This document shows, in pieces, positions 51,801 through 63,138 of a stretch of DNA of 64,000 bases. The position numbers and the translations under genes are program-made. The DNA is from Ascoidea asiatica JCM 7603 (taxonomy: Eukaryota; Fungi; Ascomycota): contig BCKQ01000013.1 in the NCBI GenBank assembly GCA_001600695.1, forward strand, positions 377,996 through 441,995, written 5' to 3'. Under the pieces are notes generated by a model, which was not told the DNA's origin, did not search any database, and saw nothing but the letters and a program-made list of their open reading frames with translations. Position 1 is the first letter of the stretch; each line of letters opens with the position of its first letter.

Positions 51801-54160
51801 CAGTAGCAAAATCTTGTTCTCCCAGGTTTAAGTTTCATAGTTAAACCTTCGGAGTATAGTTTATGAAAAGGCCAACTCTGAACCCCAAACAATCATTCAA
51901 GACACAAAGCCCTTTCTATGAAAATGAAATTTTTTTTAAATGAACATTTAATCCATTCACATAAAACGGGCGGAAGGATAGCAACATCATTTGTTGCAAT
52001 GAACTGTTTTTTATTAAATAATTGTAAAATACAATCTAATGAAATTCCATCAAATAGAATCAAATTATACTAAATCAAAAACATTCTAATTATAATAAAT
52101 ACAGAGTAATTATATTAAATCCAATACAATCTAACAATATTAAGTACCAAATAATTATATTAAATCAAATATACTATAATTATATTAACTCCACTACAAT
52201 CCAATTATATAAAATCCGAATAATTTAGCTATACTAAATCAAATAAAGTGCTAAAATATTAAATCAAAAGAAATATAATTATATGCACTTCAATTAAAAA
52301 ATGCCTTGAACAACTGAATTTTAAAAATAGATTATCCAAATAGCAGATGATTCAACCCAAATAGAAAATTAGAGGATCCATTCGATCATCTTAACATCTA
52401 CATAGATTTTCTTTTATTAAACAAGAAGAATGAAACTGAAATCTGTGATTCTGACTGGAGTCAAGATTCTAATGAGGGTTTCTACACAGCAGTTTTCATG
52501 TTCATGGTCATGTAAATAGCAAAATTCTTAAATACTATAATGAGATTCCTGATTTTTGTTACTTTCAAAAGAAGCTATCTGACATCCAAATCCTCATTGT
52601 TACCAAAAAGCTGTCAGATTATAAAAAAATCACAACTTTTGCAGATAAATCTGTTTTCGTGGGTATTGAACCGGCATTTGATCATCTATTAGAAATAGTA
52701 AACTTAGGTGTGATCATATCCCATATTGTTTCTAGAGCTAATCATGATGATGAACTGTTAATAAAAAATGAAAAACCTTTGCCTTTTAAGCTCAACACTA
52801 CAGACACTGTAGTCGGATGTTTTATTTTCATGCTGCTTATGATGACCTTAGTTAGTATAAATGGTAAGACAATGGTTGGTCTTATGTTTCGAAAAACATT
52901 TAATCGAACAGCTCATAAAGATATATTCAATGATTTCAAAAATCAATTAACAGAACCAACAGCCAACTGTCCATTAAACATAAAATATCCCGATACTGTG
53001 ATTAGTACTCCATTTCCTAAAGCTAGATTAAAGATTCAAGTAATTGCTATAATCGATGGCTGATCATCACGATTAGATTTACTTCACTAAAAAGGGTTAG
53101 TCTACCTACATTTATTGAAAATTTGGATCAATGTGTTTTTCAGGCATTTGTATAAATAATGAGCCATTTCAAGAACCTGGAATCAAAAAAAACACTTGCC
53201 TCAAAGCTCAAATTAATGAGGCGGTAGAACCTGCTCCTTTTAGACGGGAGCATTTTACTTATGATCATAACATGAATACTCCATGAAACGAATCAAAAGT
53301 TTATATTCGTTGCACTTATGCAAAGGAAAATGATTTAATCTTTCTTTTTCTAGATCCAATAAAAAAGATAAAGCAAACTGCTTGTGCATTATTAACCCTT
53401 CCTCCATGTCATAAGATTGCAGTTATTGTGTTATCTTTACTACACATTCATTTTGTTAATTAAATTAAAGCTGGATCAAAAATTATCAACATATTTTTCA
53501 ATATTCTTAAAGGAATTTTTATGTTAGCTTTTCACAATTATTCCAAACATTAAACAAATAGTTAATTGTTTAGAATATGAAGTATTAAAAATTTGCCAGA
53601 AATATATCTTTCCATTCTTACCTCATATTCTTTAATTTATAAATTTTTATTACCACGTCTATTATTTTATCTCGCTTTACTATTGCTATTATTTTAATTT
53701 TCAATTTTATCTTCAAACTTGAGACAAACACTTAAACTCACCTCTATATACTTAAACTGTTTTTATTACATCAGTCTTTTACCGGCTGCCTAACTGGCCT
53801 TTTTACTTTTGCCTTCTTATTTTGAATTCTATAAAAGGTATCAATTTTCATATATGTTTTTTGAATTATATTCTTCTTTTTCTGCATGCGCAGTCTACTT
53901 AACAATTTTGCTATTTAAAACTATTTATTATATATAATTTTTTGTTGACTATATACGTCTCAATACAATTTATTTTTATTTTTTAACAAGATATAGTTAT
54001 ATATAACCCATGTAACTATTTCTTACACTTTCTTATATTTTGATTTGACATCGCATTCCATAAACTTCCTGCAATTTCCCGGGCCAGAGTGTTGTGTTCC
54101 TCTTAACATGAAAATTGAATTCAACATGAAAACCAAAAGTTGAGGAACCAAATTTGGTAG
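51801..54160 (+). mobile_element. Family A copy; ORF relic ~52300-53620
   Basis: 5' motif CAGGTTTAAGTTTCATAGTTAAAC (51823); TPFPKARLKIQVIAIIDG, LKIWIN, LPPCHK/DCSYC; 3' motif TTCCTGCAATTTCCCGGGCC (54066). Confidence 0.6.
52030..52290. repeat. Degenerate ~25-bp tandem array (AATTATATTAAATCCAATACAATCT-like), about 9-10 units
   Basis: Recurrent AATTATA(T/C)TAAATC spaced ~25 bp. Confidence 0.7.
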
Positions 54161-55218
54161 GAAATTATAAGAATCAAATACTAAAATTCTAGAAAGGAAA
54201 GCCCCAGTACAAAACACGTTACGCCAATTACTTTACTTCCCGTAAACGATTGTTGATTTTCCAAAAACTCCGAACTTGAATATTTACTACTATTACAAAA
54301 GCAGCTCTTACATATTCGGATAAACCTTTTGGAGTTAAATCGAAAAACTCAAAACAAGAGAACTTATCTAAGCGTTACACAGAGTAGAAAAATAAGAAAA
54401 CTAAAAACTAAAATACTGAACCAAGCACCAACCAAGTAACAAATAAGCTTCAGTATTTAAATCAAATATCTTCTATTCCTATTTTTTTTGACTTAATTAT
54501 GTAAATAATTATGTCAAAGGAACATTCAACGCTCTCCTAATTTTTTGACTTATCTGGAAATCAGTCCAGCGGTCTCGCTTAAAGTTTTACATTAGCTTTC
54601 ATTTTATTTTTAGAACAAGAAAACAACATTATAAAAAGTTGTTCAATCTCAAAATAAAGACAAACATTTTGATATCGTGTACTGGGTGCTTTCTCGAAGC
54701 AAACGTAGTGACCGAACTTGGTAACTACAGAGTAATGGTCAAATTTTTTCAATATCCGTCATACACTATTTGATTTAAGCCCCCACCTTCCGGTAAGGGA
54801 AAAATATCACCTAAGAAACGGTACCTTCTTCCAGGGAGGTGTATGAATCGCAAGCAAGTGGAACAAAAATATTCGGAGTATTTGTCGCAGATTAGACCAG
54901 CATATACTAAATACAGCAAAATCAATTAGACTACATAGTACCTAAAACACTTCAGCCACGTACTGAGCTAGTTAAACTGGCTTTCCGCACCATACTTTAA
55001 CGGTAAACTGGTTTCGCGACCCAAACTGGATCTAACAGTCAAGTACTTGGTAATAACTAGAAGAAATAAATGTTATCTACTGCGAGCTAGTCCCGAACTG
55101 GAACAAGTAAACGAGATGAGCGGAACGAAGTTAGCGATGCAGAACCATTGATTTTAGGAGAATTTTTTCGCCTGTTGGGGCTAACTACAGATCTTCTTCC
55201 TATTTGGGAACGGGTATT

Positions 55219-56240
55219 TGTCAAGATTTCTCGGTAATACCAGGTGAGGTGATATACTCCATTTATGAATTCTGCCCACAGCCTAGTAGTGCCCGCCCTG
55301 ATGAAAAGGTCTTGTTCCTATGATGACTGCAGGACAAAGGAATGGCTCTTGGGAAACTGTCTCGGCGATGGTATTCCGTTAAGGCCAACAAATGGGACAC
55401 AGCCGTCCCGCTGTACTGCTTTACACGTTCGTATGTTGAAAAAGTATTCAAAACCGTGGCGTGAGCCATAACAGTGAATATAGATTGTCTACATACATGT
55501 TACGAGATGCAACATGGAGACGCTTGAAGTATTCTCCAGGAACAAGGTTCCATGACATTGGTCACATCCACTGGCCTGGTCCAGATTACCTAAGTGATTA
55601 CGTAATCAGGAAGACCGCAACTTGATTGCGGTATACTGCAGGCAATCAAATATACGGACGGCCGAGAGGGCTGGTTTCATGTTCCAATTAGTCATTGTGC
55701 GACGAAATTATTAGGTCATATTTTTCTGTGAGGGGTTAATATGCGGTTGTAGATGACGTGTTGTGTTGGGATGTATAACTGTTCTTGGCCAACAAGGTGA
55801 GGTCATACGGCTTTATGAGGGGGGGGTAATTGATTACATATTAGCTACCAGAAGTTGATTAGGTACTCGGACAGCCGAAAGTACCAACTGATAGAAAAAC
55901 TCCTTGTAGGTTCTATCCAACAGAAATTGCACTTGTACCTTCTATCAAAATCTATCTGCACAATACTAGCTTCTAGTTTGAGATTACGAGACGTAAATTT
56001 CAACCCCAAATATTGCAGGTAGGAACTGATATAGCCCTTGTTTTTGGGCACCCCGATAGCAACCGGTTTCATATACTTATGGGAAACAGCTAGCAAGCTT
56101 TATAAGATGTATTTCTTGCTGATCAAGGTCCAAATTAATATAAATAGACCTTGGTTTCTCAATATGTTTATAAAAATTTTTATAGAGAGATTATGGAAAT
56201 AAATGAATATGCCTACTAATAATAAGAATAATATTCAACA
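55219..56240 (+). mobile_element. Solo LTR, family LTR-2 (1022 bp)
   Basis: TGTCAAGA...TATTCAACA with perfect TSD GTATT/GTATT; TATAAATAG ~100 bp before the 3' end. Confidence 0.9.
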
Positions 56241-56369
56241 GTATTAACAATGGTCAAAAATTTTCATTTTCAATCATTCCTAAATGTTGGGATAATAACG
56301 TACCAAAAGTAGAAGGCGAACTACCCAAGAAGTGTTTTAGACATGATTTAAGAGAAAATGTTTCGAATT

Positions 56370-57867
56370 TGTTACGGTGACATTCCCTCAGTAGCGTAAA
56401 AATCGAAAATTTATACTCTTGGAAGGTGCACATGCGTGTTCATTTCACGTGCACTTTTTGATACTTTTGGAATTCCGAAATTAAAAAATACACATACTCT
56501 CTCAAACTGCGAGAAGTACATACTGATACTTATTCCGATTTAACATGTTACATGGATCCGTGGTGGCTTAAAACAGTGCATGAGAATACCGATAGTCTGA
56601 CATCCGTGAACATACCTCAGAATGGTCAAGATCGGCATTCGGCTTTTTTAGGTGCTTGGCACCTGCTAACGTACCGACGTAGTGCATTAAAAGCATATAA
56701 TAATGAATTTTTTTATTTACATGATCGTAAATCTTATGGACTTCAAGAGAACATCCGAATCAGTAATTTTTTGCGAGACTGCCGGAGCTATAGTACGAGG
56801 TGCAGCTCATGCCGCTGCGGGAACTTTCTAAAATGGAATGTCAGATCAAAATAAATGAAAGTGTAAAGAATAGTTACTTTGGTTAGATATAACTATAATA
56901 TGTTAAATCATAAAAAATAAAAAATAAAATTGTAATGGCACCTACATATAGCAAACCAAATTATATATCATAAATCCTTTTATATATATAAAATTGTTAA
57001 GTATGCTGTGTATGCCCAAAAAAATAGATAGTTCAAATAAAAGGATATACGATAATTGTCCCGTTGTAGAGAATTTGAATAAAAGAAGAAAAAAGCATAT
57101 AGGCAGTCAGGCAATGAATAATAGTCTCATCTGATAGAAAACACAATTAACCAAAATAAGAGTATGTAGAGGTGGCGGTACAACATTTGAAAATAAAATG
57201 TAAAAATACAACAATAATACTAAAACTAAGAATTTTCATAATAATAATAATAGTAATAATAAGCCGCCATTGGTATAATAATAAAAGGAGAAATAAAAAA
57301 AAGCAAGCTAAATATGAATCGTAAAAATGGAAAGATACATTTCTACCAAAAATGTAATATGAAAGAAATAGTACAATAAGTCGTTTTTGAATTACTCTAA
57401 ATAAGTTCTGAAAATAAAGTCAAACATAGAATGGAAATCATTACATAATTCTTGAATAATAGTAAATCTTGCTTTAATTAAATCGAAATATGGATTATTA
57501 TAAGGAAAAATATTTGCAAATTGAGTTTATTTTGGTTTATTAATATGGTTGATTCGAATTAGAATGAAGGTTGGTTTTTAGATTTCTTTAATGTTTCTAA
57601 ATATGACTATAATTATTCAATTGTAGATTTAGTTTAATATTTGTATAAACGAGAATATTATGGTTGAAATGTATGTGTGTATTGGTTTCTACTGTGTTTC
57701 TTATTATTTTTGAATTTCAGTTCAATATATTTGTAACACTAATTGAATTTGATTCAACGCTGTTTTTTGTCTTCAATATTTATCGAGGGCCCAGCGTTGT
57801 GACTTCTCATAAACGACAGTCCATTGGGTTAAGTATGAAACTTACTCCAAGAGCCGATTTTGTTACA
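56370..57867 (-). mobile_element. Family A, internally deleted copy
   Basis: 5' motif TAAGTTTCATACTTAACCCAATGGACTGTCGTTTATGAGAAGTC (57810-57845 rc); reverse complement shares AGAAATGTATCTTTCCATT, CACCTCTACATAC and TTTGATCTGACAT with 53600-54060. Confidence 0.55.
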
Positions 57868-58139
57868 GTATGTATGGATTCACGAGATGCAATTGAAATA
57901 ATTATATATGTATTATCAAGAAAATTTGAGATATAGGATGGCTATTTCACTAGAAAGCATTAGTCTCTGGAACTAGAGGTGTCATAATAACCAAAGCTTA
58001 ATCCAAAAAGCAAAAGCCACAGATAAATAGTTCAATATAGGGATATCAACAAATTAATAAAGGTTTATCATTCTTATAATATAAAACCACAAAAAATCTT
58101 AGGGCGACTACAGTGAAAGTGTAAATGCTAAGAATCAAA

Positions 58140-61100
58140 GCTTCTCCACTTTCCCGTATTGTATAGTTTTATTCATTGTAGGGAACCTGTTATCAATATT
58201 GCCCAAGAAGTTGCAGGAGGCTTCTGAATTAGTTGCGCAAATTAAGATATTAAAAATTATCATGATTCTTAACTGTATCAACTATAACTAAGAATCCCGT
58301 CAAATAAGCAAAAAAAAAAACAAAAGATAAAATGTGTAGTTGAGACGTACATTAGAATATAAAACACCATATAGTAATTGTTGTATAAAATCTTTTCTTG
58401 GAAACAAAAGTAAAACTAAAAGTTTTCTAAAACAAATTTGAAGGCGGTTATATTAAATAAAAGTGACTGAAAGGACCGCATTCGGAGAGATAAAAAATTG
58501 TGAAACAGAAATTCGGATATGTATATACGGACAACGGATAATTTGTTATAAAAAATAATATTGCATATTCTTGCAGAAAATAAACTAATATTGTTAAAAG
58601 GGCATGACTCCATTTTCGGATAGGCAAAAAATTATTTAACGAAGACAATTCCCGTGGTATATTATAAAATAATTTTATAACTTGATCAGTAGACTGATGT
58701 TCGTTCGTTAATTGGATAGACTGAAAGAAACATTACGAAACTACACAAAAAGCCTTTTGGTGGTGGAACAACTAATGCCAAAGATGCACGATGGTATTTA
58801 TCATCAACACTTCTTATATAATATAACACCTTTTAAGAGGTTATACAACCACGAAGAAAAATATCGGATTTCTTCTTATTTCCTGTTGTCATAAATGAGT
58901 TATATAATTCATGATATAATTGGAAAGGTGTAGTTTTGAATTGAGCACTTATTTTATCAGCAAGTTCCTTGTTTTGATATGTAACGGGATAAAGAAGTGC
59001 CTTGTTCTTTTAAATAGAAGCAGTAATACCTTTTATTCAAATTTAGAAAACCTTCAAGTAATCAATTGTTGGGATATAGTTTGATTCATGCTCATATGAG
59101 AGACCATAAATTAATGATAATACCTGGTAATCAAATCCCCACAGGATAAAGGGAATAGTCATTGAATTATTGTAATGTTTAATATTAAATTTTTGTAATG
59201 ATAATCGCTCTTCAATGTAATTTCTTTTCCGCTGAAAAATCACATTAATTTTTTCTGATTTATGGTGTGGATGGTAAAATCTGTACAATCCACAGTCGTT
59301 AACACCAATGAAAAACCTAGAACATTTAGCAAAACGGTTTCCAATCATTTGAAGATTTTTGAGAAGATTTCAACCATTGGATCATACTGATAGTTCTCTT
59401 CAGATATTATTAATGAAATATTTGTTGGAAGTAATAGAGATCCATCTATGCTAGGTCATATATTGGTACCCCCCATAGGTGGTAGAAGTCTAAAAGACAC
59501 GTATCTATAGTAGGCGTGACAAAGTTATGTACTATAGGATAATGTGCGTAAACAGAGTATAACTAGGCGTACAGATGCATAATTAGGCATAAATATACAT
59601 ACTGTTGTATAAAGTTGCGCTAAGTTGCAAGAAGAATACATCAATTCACATGACCTTGCATCAGTCTGTTTACTGGTACACAGATACTCGGATATCATAT
59701 AATTTTCTAGTCACATGGCATAGGTCATGTTTGCTAACGTCAGGTATAGGGTCCAAGGTAGCAAAGACCTTGAGATTCGTACCAGCCATAGTCCTAGAAT
59801 CTTTAAAAGCATATTATAGGTCAGCCACTCCGTAGAAGGTGAATAGAAGAAAACTTAGGATTTAGCGTTTATCCGGATAGAAGTTAAATCGGGAAGGCCA
59901 ATCGAATGCAGGCAGGGACGCCTTCTGGATGGCTGAATTCGCTAAGCCTAGTTTCATGTGAGATAAGGTATAGTTCTCAGTGCGTATACCGAATTGTCTC
60001 GCAGTGAACACTTAACCAGTGAAGCTACTCCGCTAAGAGTTTATTCTAAGTCCGGGCTGCAGAAGTCATGGTAATTCTCGACATTTCGCTTGATTGTCTA
60101 CCCCACTGGAAAGTGGGCTGATTGGTTTTACTATGGCAAAATTGAAATTTGAATTTCAATTGATATCTAATCAAGTTTTCAACCCTTTTTACAAGGTAAA
60201 CTTGATTCACCCCATGATTCTACGGAGGAATACTGGGACCTTTGGGGATTCACAAGAATTCACGATAGTTCAGCGGGGCCTCGTAGGTATCCAGCATTAG
60301 TATAAAAGGATTCGATTTTCTCTTATCTTGTTATATCATTTATTTAGTTTTTTTTTTTTGCGATCATCGATTAACACCAGTTAATTGATTAATACAGAGT
60401 TTGTAACCAGGTAAAATATATATATTCGATTTCGCAAAATAAATGAAAATTCACAACAATATTTTCATCACTTGTCGATTTATCCACTAAAGGCAAAAAT
60501 TTAGCGTTAATTTCGTTAACAAATGATTTAGTTGTTTCCAACTCGACATCTAGTATACCCTCAAGCTTAGAGTTATCAATTAGTGTCTTGACATCATTCA
60601 TTTCTTTAGCAGTATATTTAATATTTAAAGGTTATTTGTCTTGAAAAACCCTGTTGTTGAAGTCTGGAGTGACAACTGGTTCTCCACAGTTTCAATATAT
60701 AGAATCTGATGATCTGATCTGTTAGCTATGTTAATATCTTCCTCCTCAATGCTATCAAGAGTATTTGTATTAATTATTGGAGCATATGGGGCAAAGAGGG
60801 AGTCTTGCTCAGCATTACGAGGAGGAGGACGTATAAGTTTTGGCACAGGTTCAATTTCACAATCACAAGATGCAGATTTATTATCTGAAGGTGTTGTAGA
60901 CGTCGAGAGTTGTTTTTTAAGACATAGTACGGATGTAGAATTTCTGGTTGACGTTGCACTTTGTGTATTGATGACTGAAGATTTCAAAGTAAAAGTTGTA
61001 GAGGCGTTTGTCCTTGTTGAAGCTGTTTTGAGATTTGTAGGTGATCATAACATATTTTTAGATTCAGTCCCAGTTGAAATCTTATTGATTGAATTAATAG

Positions 61101-61590
61101 AATCAGGAGTAGTACGTTTAATTTGACGTGAAAGTGAATTATTTGAGTTACTGGTATCAGTTGTATTAGTTATATTAGTTGAATCTGTTGTATTAGCTGA
61201 TTTGGTTGACGTTCTGTCAGTTGAATTGGTAGACATTGTTTGTATCAATTATCGGGGAGATATTTGATTAAGATATTTGAAATAATATTTTTAACGATCA
61301 TTGTATGAAATTAATCTTTTTGATTGTTCTAATTGATTTTTGGATTGATTGGTTAAATTACTTAGGTTAATTTGTTTTCTTGTTTTGTGAAAACATTGCA
61401 GTTGGTACATATGTGCTAAATTTGTATTATATTGTTATGGAAATTGAATAGCAGGATCTTTCGTTTTACGGCTTTGGAACAAGGGAGGCCTCAAATATTA
61501 TGTTAAAGGTTAATTGTTGAGAATTCATAAACGACACTCAAATTATTTAAGTATGGAACTCAAACCTGGAGTATGTTCTACTAAAATATT
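58140..61590 (-). mobile_element. Family A copy with long Ser/Thr-rich N-terminus (ATG ~61236), interrupted by LTR-1
   Basis: 5' motif CAGGTTTGAGTTCC (61555-61568 rc); FVNEINAKFLPLVDKSTSDENI|SLIISEE rejoins across the LTR; IPFILWGFDYQVLSLIYGLSYEHE; 3' motif GAAGCCTCCTGCAACTTCTTGGGCAAT (58198-58224 rc). Confidence 0.7.
59423..60458 (+). mobile_element. Solo LTR, family LTR-1
   Basis: TGTTGGAAGTAAT...CACAACA with perfect TSD ATATT/ATATT. Confidence 0.93.
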
Positions 61591-62644
61591 ACAAACTTAT
61601 CAGTCAGCCACATTCTCAGGGGAACAAACCGCGTCATGTAACCCATATTTTTTCTGTGATAGAAAATAAAAAAAACACGCAAAAAGGTTTTCAACGCAAA
61701 AAAGCTCCACTGCCCTATTGGTGTAAATTTTATTTGTAAACTATTACACTCAGCAGATCTACGGCACATGGAAAGCCAAAATGCCAATAACTAGCATACA
61801 CCTCTTTAATATCTATAGAGAAGTATTGAAAACATAACCATTGGCAATGCACCTTATCCAAAGTAACATCAAACATTGTTTAATTCAACTCTGTTGGAGA
61901 GGAACAAGAAAACTGAAACCGAGGAAACACCATAATGGATTCCAACTATCATTCTACGACCATTCGAGTTTTTGTTTTAATTCAGAGATGATAGCCACTG
62001 AAAGGTAAAACATGATCTGATCATCTCCTTAATACCAAAATAAAGTTGAATAAAAATGATAGTAAGTGTACTCTAAGGAACTATTTTTAATTGCATCAAC
62101 GGTTGGTAACCGGTTCGGTAATCTTAGGGGCTCTGTATTCTATTCCGTATAGCCGAAAATATAAAAATTGTAAAATTTCCAATCAGCACTACCATTCCAT
62201 CTGGTCCAAAGGTAACTTTCCCAAAGTTTGGTTCAACGGAAGGTGTGTTTTCAAAATAAGAATATAACCAAGAATCAGAATTACAATAAGAATCAAGAAA
62301 ATAAAGGTCTTAACAAAGAGGAAACCACTTTTCGATTAAGTAATTATCCTGTTTATTAAAATCGATGACACATATTTGGGTTATGAATGCAGCATGTACG
62401 TATGTATAAGTGTATTTTTTGACTGAAAATCAAATTATTTTCCCTTTACACAAATCGATAATTGATTTTGACTAAGTTAATAAATCGTTTTTATTTTCTT
62501 CCAAAAACATTAATACAAATCAGATTTTAAAGTCAGATTTAGCCACTGAAAGAGTATATTAATAAATTATTCATATATTTAATCAATTACTTGCTTCAGT
62601 TTAGCTTTGCTTTCTACTTCAATTATTTCTGTTTTATTTAAGAC

Positions 62645-63119
62645 TGTTAACACACAATTACTCGTTTTCTGTTTTTCTCTTTCTTTTACTGTTTGCTAAC
62701 CCTAATATTTATTATCTGCCAGGGCTCTACTATGACGGTTCTAATAATTTGCATTGTTTCGTTTTTCTCGCATCACATGTTTGCGTGGTCACCTGGTTGG
62801 CACGGGGGATGCAAAAGCTTTTTGTTTTTCGTCCAATTAAAAATTTTCACTTCAATGAAAACTTTTCACTTGTCTGAGAAACTTTGCACTTGCTCAATTA
62901 CGCTGGCAATTGTTCGCTCAATTGCAATCTGGTGCTGTTTTGCAAAGTTATTTCCAGCTTTGCTAATTTAACTTAAATAGCTTTCTTTTCCTGTTTTATT
63001 TTCTTTATCTCTTTTATATTTTTCTTTTTCCTTCTTTACAGAAAAATATATTTATTTTATATATATTAATTACCTCAATTATTTATTTAATATATTATTA
63101 CAAGTTATAAAATTTATTA
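62645..63119 (+). mobile_element. Putative 5' LTR of the copia element at the window end (3' boundary 63102 or 63119)
   Basis: Begins TGTTAACA; TATA-like TTAAATAG (~62974) followed by a pyrimidine/AT tract; TTACA at 63102; immediately precedes the pol frame. Confidence 0.5.
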
Positions 63120-63138
63120 GATTAAGTCGGAGACTGAG

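Noticed and set aside
60728-61126. 132-aa plus-strand ORF
   Set aside because: Antisense shadow of the Ser/Thr-rich N-terminus of the family A ORF on the minus strand.
6386-61590. RIP-like hypermutation or TGA recoding to explain the many in-frame stops
   Set aside because: Lesions include frameshifts and all three stop types, and CpA/CpG remain common in repeats; ordinary neutral decay suffices.
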